Source of the DNA: Phoronis australis
Lineage: Eukaryota > Animalia > Phoronida
NCBI GenBank assembly: GCA_002633005.1
Contig: NMRA01000153.1
Location: 22,042 to 86,041, forward strand
DNA: 64,000 nucleotides
Direction of reading: 5' to 3'
The first letter of the stretch is position 1. Every line of letters starts with the position of its first letter. Below are positions 24,701 to 36,700 of this stretch, in pieces. The translations under genes and the position numbers were made by a program. The notes beneath the pieces were generated by a model. That model was not told the DNA's origin. It saw only the letters and a program-made list of their open reading frames with translations, and made no database searches.

Positions 24701-27700
24701 TAATACACTGAAAGGCTTACAGAAACAGTTAATCACATTACAAAATTAAAGTTCCTGATTTGAGTAAAAATGCACACATAAATCACAATTATACAAAATT
24801 TCCCTAAAACTTGACGTTCCTCTCTTAATTTGTATGTTAACCTGATCACTCAGGACCAAACTCAGTTGACAGGCAGAAAGACATTTTGTGGTTGCATCAC
24901 ACGATTGTAACATGTGCTCTCTCCGGTGAACTTTCTTCTTGCCAATCTGCATTCAACAACAAAGCTACACTACTCACTTAGAAGGGTTAATATTGGCTTT
25001 AGAAGTTGACGTTTTCTTTGTACGAGGGCTTTTGGCATCCTTTTCTTTAGGTCTGTCATCCTACAAATTTATACCAATAGCACTTACTTTTGTTTCATAA
25101 TAAGAAAAAACATTTACAATACCTAAAAAGATATTATTTGGAAAAACGTGGACCAAAGAAGGATCTCATATCATGAACACTTCAAGTTTCCATACTGTGA
25201 CACAGTATTGAGCGTTTTACATGAACACTTCAAGTTTCCATACTGTAACATACAATACTGGGTCTGCTTTACATGAACACTTAATGTTTCCATACTGTAA
25301 CATACAGTATTGAGTATTTTACATGAACACTTCAAGTTTCCATACTGTAACATACAGTATTGAGCGTTTTACATGAACACTTCAAGTTTCCATACTGTAA
25401 CATACAATAACTGGGTCTGCTTTACATGAACACTTAATGTTTCCATACTGTAACATACAGTATTGAGCCTTTTACATGAACACTTCAAGTTTCCATACTG
25501 TAATATACAGTACTGGGTCTGTTTCACCAAAGCTTGTTCACCCAGTCATAGCTAAGGCCGTCTCAATCCTAAATTTTTACTGAAGCAAAGTTCATCGATA
25601 AAATGTGGCCATTAAGTGCGAATACAATTAACAGTTGATCTTGCATTAATTGCAATGTTTCATTTCTATAAAAAACACAGCCAGATGACAATCACATGAC
25701 AACAACTTTCTTAATTACAACCTTACATGTGACCATTAATAAAGTAGGCCCACATTGCTCGTCTCATTTGCAGCAGGAAGTCACAGTATGACCACAGAGG
25801 TGACCACCATCGACAGAGACAATAGTGTAAGGCTGACCTCATGTGAGGACTAGCAAGGCTGAGTGTTAGCCTAGATTAGTATTCACCTTCTTTGGTGGAG
25901 GGGGTGGTAACACGCGCACAGACGATGCCACCCTCATCATCAATACTGACAGTAGCCTGTGGTAAACCTCATTAACCTGAGGCTCTATCTCTTCACAACG
26001 ACACATCTCAGTGATGGCAAATGTTGCCTGTAACAGAACACAATGGCATAGACAATGGAAATTCTTTCAATATTTTGTATTACAGGAATATTTACTGCAA
26101 TCTCCTCACCTTTCAAAAGCAAACTAGACTTAGTGTTACTGCAGACGCAATCATTCATATTGCCTATGTATATTAAGTATTGTTTCCTGTTGCACTCATT
26201 TTCAAGTACCCCCCAGATTGTCAACTTGTCACGTGCTACTGACATTTAAAAGGGTTCTACCTGCCAGTTCCATTCATTCATATTTCGTATTTCTCATCTG
26301 TGTGCAGTGTGTATGAATGTCATTGGTTTCGTCATCGAGATTGCAGGGTTTTCATGATGTAAGTATTGTTCTTTTGCTTATCGTTATATTCTGGTTTGTG
26401 CAATGCATTCTGTCGTGTCCCACGTAGTTTCAGTATTTTTCGCTTTATGTACTTCGTCGTATTTCTTCGTGTCGAGGGTTCGGGCGTTGTTCGCTGCGAC
26501 CTTGAGATTGCAATTCACAAACCAGTCTGTTTCTAGCTCATATTATTGTAATTGTTTAGTGTGACTTGATATCTAGTTTGCGTCACGGTCTCACGGCAGA
26601 ATTGTGTATGAATTAGGTTCGTTTTTGTATCTAGTATTTTCAAATAAGATTCAGTTTATCTGATGTAGCCATTTCGTTACTTGTATATTTTCTTCGTTGA
26701 TGTAAATAACGGTTTTTGTATATATTGTCACTGCCTGTGCTCGTATTATATTTCGTAGTAGTGACTCGGGGTTTTGTTTATTTCAGTTTACGGGTTTGTC
26801 TATGTACTGAGGGCACCCGAATAAAAGAATTAAGCTGTACGTAGAATCACCTGTGTTTCTCTCGATCGTTAGCTGACACTGCTCCAGAACACTTAGTCTA
26901 ATTACAATTCACCAATGTGCAGTATAAACCACATGGATAGTGAAGCGGGATTTATCAACCAAGTTTGTTTTCATTGAGAAATTTGGCAAACTGATTAAAA
27001 GCACGACAGTGTTGCATGATGACTTTGTTAAATTAATACAGACAAACTGAAACTTGTGATAAATACAATTATCTTTCTGTCTGTATTAAGTATACAGATA
27101 CCAGTGTCATGCCTTCTATCAGTTTTGTGCACACAAAGGGCTGCCACCACATTATTCAGTGCGACAAAATAATACTTTTGCCATAATGGGCGCCACGCAG
27201 ACATGACAAAGCAAATAATGTCTTATAAATCCAACCAATGCAAGCATAATAAAAACCACAAGCCTTTAGTTTAAAGTTGACCATGCTAACCACAGAGTGG
27301 TGAGTAATCAAAATGCCAAAGCCCAATCCTTGACTACTCACAGCCAGAGGTGTAAATGCCAAGCCCAATCCTTGACTACTCACAGCCAGAGGTGTAAATG
27401 CCAAGCCCAATCCTTGACTACTCACAGCCAGAGGTGTGTAGGTAGCCAGGACTGGTGAGTAATCACAATGCCCAAGCCCAATCCTTAACTACTCACAGCC
27501 AGAGGTGTAAATGCCAAGCCCAACCCTTGACTACTCACAGCCAGAGGTGTGTAGGTAGCCGTCCTGGTGCTCATCTTGTCCTTGTCTCTCTCATCAAACT
27601 TCTCATCATAAGGAAGACTCCGTGTGATCAAGTCCATCAAGTTGTCTAGTATGCTGGCAGCTAGCTGGCCATCCTGAGCCATGATTTTCCAGATTTCCCG

Positions 27701-30700
27701 CATATTTCTAAGGAAACACAAGCCAAAATTCAACTAATACACATTTTTGTAATACTATGTTATAGCTAACATTGCCCTTAGGCAATAGTCTGATATAACG
27801 TGCCCGTATTTTGAGAACCAGTTTGATGACCGTTATTAAGTGGAGAAAACTAGTTCTCAAAATTTGGGCACATTATAGCATACCATTACTGCCCTTAGTG
27901 TTACACATTATGCTGCATTTTATACTTGACCTATAAAAATGAATAATTTGTATCAACATTTCTGATATCAGATCTAAAGCATGACTTCCAATGTTTTATG
28001 TCACATCTTCAGCTACTATCTGGATATTCAAAGTGAAGAAGGCTTAAAATCCGTATCCTTTTTTTGATTAATCATTTTCTATGTCCACTTAACTTGTAAC
28101 CAATAGTAATATTCTAAAATAATAACAGGTAACTCTCAAGATGAAGAATCGGCCCGTGGCCAACAATTTATTCCAATCAGCTAAAATGAAAATGAAAACA
28201 CTGAAAATTCTAATCGGTCCAATCAGACAACGAAGAGAGTGTTTGAGATTCCACCATTCAATCTACATAAAACACAATAGCAAAGAGTGGTCCCCTGCAC
28301 ACCTCTGGAGCTGTGCCTGGAATCCTACTTACTCGTCAAATGGAATGGGATAGTTTAAGAGAACATTCAGAGAAGTAACAAGATGATGAGTGGCGAGGGT
28401 ACGGATACTGCGCAGCGTGCCCGTCTTGGTTTGGGGGAACTCAATCTGACTCAGCTTTTCATGTAGTGTTTCTATGACACGCTCCACCTACAAACACATA
28501 AGATGTACAGGTCACAATAACTATTACTGTGAAGGGCGGTCCCCATTGGGGAACATTTCAACCTGCCAGGCCATACTACCAGTGACGTCAATGTACCGGT
28601 AGTCAAAGGCGGGCTGTCGGACATTTACACACGTAGAAAATGCGAGGCCGAATTCATCGCAAAATTTAACACTCACACCAGAGGCCTAAACAGAGACATA
28701 GGGTTTTTGTCTCACTACAAGTCTGTAGTGAATAGACTCCAGTAGCTATATATGTCTCTGTTTGGGTCTCTCTCTCTCTCCTCATACGTAGGCCTACCCC
28801 ACTGGTAGTTGCTATGTCCTATATTGTTCACATTGTCTATTGTATGTCACTATGTGATCTCCTGTGCCATTTTATTTTAGATCCATCTACATGTACTCAG
28901 CAGTCTGTAGCACACCCTTGACAAAGAGCACATCGCTTGAAACGTGGGGATATCTTAATATATTTTAGAACCAACGGTCGTTGTTTCAGCTTTACTAGTT
29001 TTACTATTTCATATTTTTATTTGTCGGTAACTGCACGGCATTCCAACATCTATTTGATTTTAACAGATGCCTATCTGCCAAATTTTATGGAAATCCGTTG
29101 AGGATCTTTGAGGATACAGAGGTAAACATAAAAAAAATAAAGTTGCCACTAGGGGACACACTGGTAATCGGATCCATCCAAAAATTCGCTCATGCCATCC
29201 CATCCATGAAAGGAACACATGAGTACAAAATGTTATGAACATACATCAAAGGATTTTGGAGATATGTGGACCATAAAAATGCATTGAGGACAGATAAAAT
29301 TTGTATTATTAAATGAATGTCTAATGCAAAATCCCATTTTCACAGGCAGATAGTAGATAGTTGCATTCATAAGGGAGATGCCGAGCCAATAAAACTGTGA
29401 AGTGTCAAAAGTCAAATTTTCAAGTATGGTAGAAGTGACATAACAAACTTTGGGACTAAAGGTTAAACTGAAATGATTATATGATGTGTAGATTTGTTAC
29501 AAATCCCAACATGAAGTTTGGTTGAGGCAATCGACTCATCATCTTCATTTATCGTAATCTATTTTGCCCGCGGTACGCCACGAGCTATGTTGCAGAGTAA
29601 AACAAGAGGAGGATTGCGAATATTGTCATTTATTATGACGTAAATAGATAAAACTAACTAAAACTCTGCAAGATGGGCATTGACAAAACGCCCACCGGCG
29701 TGTACAATGAATAGCCCTGAAAGAGGGAACAAAACAAAAGAACTGCCTGAAGGGCTTAAAGGAAAAGTACAGAACATGAATACAAAACTTGAAAAAACCT
29801 AACAGGAAATGTATATGAGAAAAAAGAAAGTGGAACCGACACCCGGGATGGGGGGGTGGGGAAAAAAATGCAGACGACAAAGTAGGTGGCTGAATGAGAG
29901 AGACCACGTTGAACTGAACAAAGGAAATATGGGCGACCAATCAGGTGTCACGTAGAGAAATGTATGAATACAAAAGTAGGACTTGAGGCTATAAATAGAG
30001 ATGAGTAATGCAAAATAAACCCTAAGGACTGGTATCAAAATAAAGAGACAAATGTCAAAATAATGACGATAAATGCATTTAACAAGTTAAATTTGATTTA
30101 TCGTAATCTATTTTGCCCGGGGTACGCAAATACGTAAATAGATAAAACTAACTAAGACTCTGCAAGTGCTAACACAATTTACTGTAATTACTGAATCAGA
30201 ATGCTAGGTAACACTGTCTCCAAAATTGTATCAAGTAGCCTCACAAGGTTTCTCTCTTTCCCTCTTTATATCTACCTACCTCTGAGTACAGCTCGCCTCC
30301 TCGCAGCTTAAAAATACTATTCAACACAACACACGCCCCTGAAGAGCAGTGGGACTGGGCATCCATCAGACCATCAAACAGTGTGTCAATGAAGGCTATT
30401 AGTTCTGTCTTTGTGTTCACCTTTTTAGCTAGCACCTATCAATGCGTATAATCAACATTACAAAAGCAAACTGCACCGCATTAGAAAATAAAATCTCGCA
30501 TATTCATACATGTTTTTCCACAAATTAATCCATATAAAAACATACTTTATATTATACAGTAGAGGGCATGAACTTCAAAATATAATGGTTTGAGATCTGT
30601 CCCTCGATGACTAACACAAACTCACTTTTCCTTCCAATACCAAAATGAGCAGAATCAAATATATGCCCAAAAAGTGAAACAAAAACCACTAAACTAATCT

Positions 30701-33700
30701 ATAAACTCCAAAAACTCAGTTCTCTTCCCTTTGAAGAACAATCTGTTAAGAAATGTTTGGTCGACCTCTTCATGAGCAAGAAAACATCTCAAAAATCTAC
30801 ACAAGAATCACTAACCTTTGATAAATCATTGACAACGCTGAACAGTACATTGGGGTCACTCTTCTTGACTCTGTCCCTCAATGTGGGCAGGGCATCCACC
30901 ATCGTGTCCTTGTCTCCTGCCAAGTGACCCTCATATTGCAGCTGAATGCGCAGAACAGTCTGTATGCAGTCGATGGATAACTGGCGTATGCTGATCTCAG
31001 GATCACTGCAGCGTGGCACCAGATGTCCCAACATAACGCCAAAGTTAGTGAAACTTTGCGAATTCTGAAAGCAGACACATGATTTGTTGGCTGTGAGCTT
31101 TAAAGACAAAGCATAAGTTACTAGAACATAAATAATCCATTGCTATATAAAAATTGCTTGCTGTGGAAAAAGAAACAACCAGGACATTGGAATATGATAA
31201 GGTTTTTCTCTCCAATAAGATCAATCAAGAAAGCGTCATTCACAGATAACTGATCAAGAGGAAACACCACTGAGGATCTGGGGTACAATACAATACTATG
31301 TGGTGGAACTGAACTCATGACTTTATTGTTGTGTATTGAGCATTTTAAACTGTATGCCACTAAGCATTGTCTACATAGCGGAGTTGACTAAACGATCCAG
31401 GCTAAGTGCCTTGTTCAAGGACAAATTGAACTTGTTTCGGTGAATTCCCCACCACATGAGACGCTGCATCAGACAGGCACTTCACAGTCCAGATGATAAC
31501 ATTACTCACTCCATAAGCCTGTGGTTGAAACTTCTCCAGATAATGTTGAAGTAGAGTGTGCAGTACTTTCATCGACCTCTCTCGCTCATGGAAGTGAAGG
31601 GACACCATCCACGGTAGCAGATGCTGAAAAAGTATTACCATAAAGAAAATTAGCAGGTGGTGTAAGAAGCAAATAACGTACATCAACTTCCTGTAGCCAT
31701 TAAGAGGCATTCACACTTTTTTCTGAAGAGCAAATTGATGGTGAGTCGATGCATGTTTGATGATGCTTTGGAATATTTTTTGTCTTGACATATTTCGGCA
31801 TTTATTGAAACACCATCGTCAGAAGCACAAACAGTGGCCACCTTGTTTTTGCTTCTGAGGATGGTGTTTTAATAAATGCCGAAATATGTCAAGCCAATTT
31901 AAATCCATCGTTTTTATCAATACATGCTGCTACTTGCTCTCATGGAGATATTTTTGTACATCTTGTACATGCTTTGTTATCGAATAAACTTTGAAGAATA
32001 AAAAATAAACGAACAAATAAACAATCAGTAAATGCTTTCCTGGGTAAAACACAAAATTCCTGGTTCTTTCACATATTTTCATAACATTTTGTGTCACTTG
32101 GAAACTGGTGTCCACACCTAGTCTTTGCATACCTCGACTATATTGTGTAGGCCAATGACTAACCTCAACTATACTCTCAATACCAACAACTAACCTCAAT
32201 TTCCTCTCAATAAGAACAACTTACCTTGGCTATACTCTCAATACCAACAACCTACCTTGACTATACTCTCAAGACCAACAGCTGTCAAATCCTTCACCAG
32301 TAACTCCTTCAGCAAGTCGTTCAGAGCTTCAGTTGTTGCCTCCATTAATACTTCCTGTTCCACAGTGGCATCATACGATTCCTCTTTAGTTTTGGTCTTG
32401 GGGTTAATGCCATCTGGTGGCAATGGGAGAACGCAATCCGTTGATACTTTGACAAGATCAAAGACCTCGGCTTCAGGTAGCTTGGGGTCTAGTTTACTGA
32501 GCAGACAGTTAAGAAACATTTCACCATTTCTCATTTAACATCACGCTGCAGCTACTCAATGTGTTGGGAAGTAAATATACTGATAAGATTTACAGATCAA
32601 AAAAGCTAAACAAGTTAAAGTGTTAAACCCACATTCCACCATAAAATATTATTTAGACATTTTATCATTATGACAATGATCTAAAAATTCTTTACTCATA
32701 CTGGAAGTGATTTCAGAAATTTTAAAAATTTCAAAAAAGAACTACACTTGGTTATTGCTTGAGACCAGGATTGTAATGGCGTGTCATTTAGAGCAGCGAG
32801 TATGGTCTCATGGAATGACCAATTATAGGTTCTTCGCAAACCCAGAAATCACATGACATCTGAGTAAGGAACGAGTTGAGATCAATTTTACAGCGGTTAA
32901 GGGGACAGTCTACATAAAAAATTTGCTTCTTTGATAGATCAAGGGTTTATATCCATTTTAACAGGTTGAGACCTATTATCCTTATCTGATGTTTCATCCA
33001 AATGTAGCAGACTCCAGATAACAACAACATTCATCATAAGATTGTGAATTGGATTTCCATAATAAATGTGTGGAATTGGTCAATACACATTTCCTTGACA
33101 ACTTACAATGATAATGAGAAAGAACAGAGAGGAGAAAGTAAAGGATACACCAAGGTGGCACATGAGTTCATGGCTAAAGCACGCATTTCATTATTAATAC
33201 TGTTGACACTTTCACCTTTCATGTAATTCTGAAATACAAAGGTGTACGTGACATTGATGCTAATTAAGCCCTTTCTACAGTACATAGCATTTAGTGTTAT
33301 GCAGTGTTGAAAAGGTGGGATTTTGATAATTTTGAGCAATACAAAGTTTAAATTAAACACCTGTACAACAGTAAAACTATGAAAGTCCAATACACAACAA
33401 ATGGGATCTCATTCTTCAATAACCAGTCAATAAAGCTCACAGATGATGCATTGTGACATAATTCAATGGCATCGGGGCATTGTAACACCTCACTCAGCAA
33501 ATATGGAACAAAACACTCAGTTAGAATTATTGAATAATCATTTGCAATGTGTGATAAAAACAGGGAGTTAAACAACAGCAAGGAAGAAAGCAGCAGCGAA
33601 CTGACTAGCAGCAGGAAAAATCTGAATAAAAAGAAGACAGTATAGCACTTCAAATTAGACAATATTCTGTGAGGGTATTGACCAAAAAAAATCATTTGCA

Positions 33701-36700
33701 TAATAAGAGGTTAGTTGATTCCGTTCATAGTCAGTCATCAAACAACAGCGCCAGCATTAGAGGACTCCATAGTTTCAAGGTGAGCATGAGTAACGAGTGC
33801 GCACTGGTGTGGTAGAAAGTAGGTAGAGTAAACAAGCTCATTTTTTTACATTATACTCTATGGGAACCTCTTAAGGGAATATCATTGGCACGAGAAAAGT
33901 GATTTTCAGACACCATACCAAACGCGGAATCAAACCCTGGAATCACCATGGTCACAGTCTAACACTCTACTGTCTGAGCTAAATCCCAGACACACAGCAG
34001 TGTGTTTGAAATGTACTAAACCGGAAAAGTCACCGGCCTTGATATTACCGAAAGTCCGGTACACAAAACCGAGAACTGGTGAATCGTAATAAAATCAAAA
34101 AACACAACAGATTTTGTTGTTTTATATCTCTGGTCAAAGCTAATAATTTAAAAAAAAAAAAATTCCTCCAACAACAGTCACAAAATGTGTTTTTGGCAGT
34201 AAAACCAACGTTCATGTAAAATAGTGATTAAAAGCTCTCCAAAATTGAGCATAGCTTGTTCTCAGGAAAAATGGTTATGGAGACAATCTTGAATATCTTA
34301 GGAATGGTAATGAACATCAATATTTTTTGAAAAATTGTAAACATGGGAAACAGTCACAGACATTACCTAATTTAATATTCAAGATGGTGCATGAAAAGGT
34401 GCACTGGTCTCATGTATTCCATAATACCCATAACCCACTACTACCCACAATGCACCAATGCCCAGAGTGGCTTTATCAATGTTCCTACTGAATCATTACC
34501 TGCATGTTGGTTATCAACATTCCTCGGTTAGTAAAAGTAAATGGTGCCTGAAGATGGTCTGGGTGGAGAGACTTGCCAATCAACTCTGCTGTTCGAATCA
34601 AATTCTGCTTCACACTTGTGTCCTATTAACACCAATATGACAGTAAGAGAAAATGTTAAATCAAAGTGCTGCCCTGATGAAATACCACTCCCTTGCAATA
34701 ACTTCTATTTAAATTTGAAATGAAACAATACGAAACTGAAACAGAACCCATGACTCCTCATCAGGTTCAAGAACGTGAAGTGATGGCAGAGGGGTGGCAT
34801 TTCATAATCATAGCACTTAAATCTGAAAGTAATATGAAACTCAAACCTGCATATATGTAATAAGTGTTGACCTCTGGTCAAGAGTATGAGGCTTTAGCTG
34901 GTCATTGAGGTATGTCTTGCCGATTAGCTCAGCCACACGGATCATTGACCGCGTTAAGTGGACATCCTAATGATAACAATTCGGTCAAACAATTTATGCA
35001 TAAAACAATAGTACTGTACTGTCAAATGAATGAAATTCATTCATTACAGAGATCACTGAATTTCCCACAAACACAAATGTTTCACATGAAATTTGCAAAT
35101 TCCGTTTCTTCATTCTATAAGGTTTACACCGGAGCCTGGGATTTTAATTTAACACCTTTTAACCCAGAACTAGGTTGTGAAAAATCAGGACTTCCATTTT
35201 TGTCAAGGAATGACATCTTTATTTCTGACACTAGATTTCTTGAGCCAAAAGGGTTTAAAAGACAATCCCAGACAGTCCAGCTTTTGTAGGCACTAGCCAC
35301 TTGTAGGGGTCCACAATTCTGAGAACCAGTTTGATACCTGTCATTCAGTGGAGAAAACTGGTTCTAAACATATGAGACCTCTGTAATCAGTACGGAAGGT
35401 ATTCTATTACCATAACTGATATTATAAAATGAATATCAACATTCTCTGAAAAATTAATCTTTAAACTGGTGTTATAAGCATTACAAATATTTCACGTTTA
35501 CTATCAACTCCACACAGCAACAGTTTCAACATCTAATTCATATCAATCTAGTTTATTGTTAAACCTTCCCGTAGTCTTTTGTCTAGCACGACTGCACGCC
35601 AATTACCTATAATGCTTTAAAGAGTTACTAAAACCCAAAGGAAACGTGTATAAATACATTGGGGTAAATATGTCCCGATTGAAAACAATTGTCAACAAAC
35701 CTAATCCAATATAACATCATTTTAGACTAGCTTTATAGTAATTCTTGGGGAAAATGAGCCTAAACTTTCAATTGTCTAACTTTTCATAGGGAATTTAATA
35801 TTAGAATTAAAACGGTTCAAAAAACAGTCACTGATATTGCAACTGATTTCTGCCAGTGATTTATTACTGTATAATTGTCGCTAATGCAGTAACTGCTCTT
35901 CTCTACAGTGCTTGTGATTTTGATTTAACTTACAGTTCTTGCTCAAATGTATCAATAATAAAGTAAAAGGTGTCATGAAAGCGACCAAGTTTCTAGTGAT
36001 TATCTGTAAAACCAGCATCCTAAAGTAATATTCAGTATTCAATGTACGCAAACTATAGTCGTTGTCTTGACGTATTTGAAGCCAACCTTAATGTTGTTAA
36101 AATATGGCGAGATACTTCTCAAAATAGTCGTCTCCACTCGTGATGTTATAATGGTCGGGGGAGCATACAGGGTAACAAACCCGTAGCAAAGCATGACAGT
36201 TGCCTTGATCTGTTCAATGTCCACGTCAGACTTCAAGTTATCCTGGTGAATACAAACGACACGTCAAATGAAAATTACAAGAGGGAGGGCAAAACTTTTA
36301 TACGTTGTGTTTATTTTTTCAAGATTTGCTTGTGTAATACATGAAAATTCAGTTGAAAATGAACAGCACTAACAAAGTGATCAGTTGAAAAGGGAAAGTA
36401 CCAAGTGTTCTTTGAATAAGAATTTGAAAATAGGTTATTGCCAGAAGTTAATAATAATTGTACTATAATATAGCAATCACTTGGCAAGATTGTGGAACTT
36501 ATACTACATGAATATTGTACATCTATCAGTTTTGTGTGCCAGTAAAAGGATTGTTTAAAAAGCTAAAAACACTAAAAGATAGGAATACTTAATTCTACCT
36601 TGATGAAGCCCAAAATGCCACCAGACTTCTTGGACATCTCCGTCTTCGATACTGTCTCTAGCTTGGCCAAGACAGCATCCAGATGAGACGCGGCGCAGAA

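Noticed and set aside
26220-26890. Possible solo LTR (T-rich body, AATAAA near the end, CA terminus)
   Set aside because: No matching target-site duplication or clear TG start could be found, so it was left uncalled.
28914-28950. Hammerhead-like motif cccTTGACAAA-stem-GAAAcgtgggg
   Set aside because: The core deviates from CUGANGA and the triplet would be GUG. At most it is a decayed Penelope-like terminus, not a credible active ribozyme.
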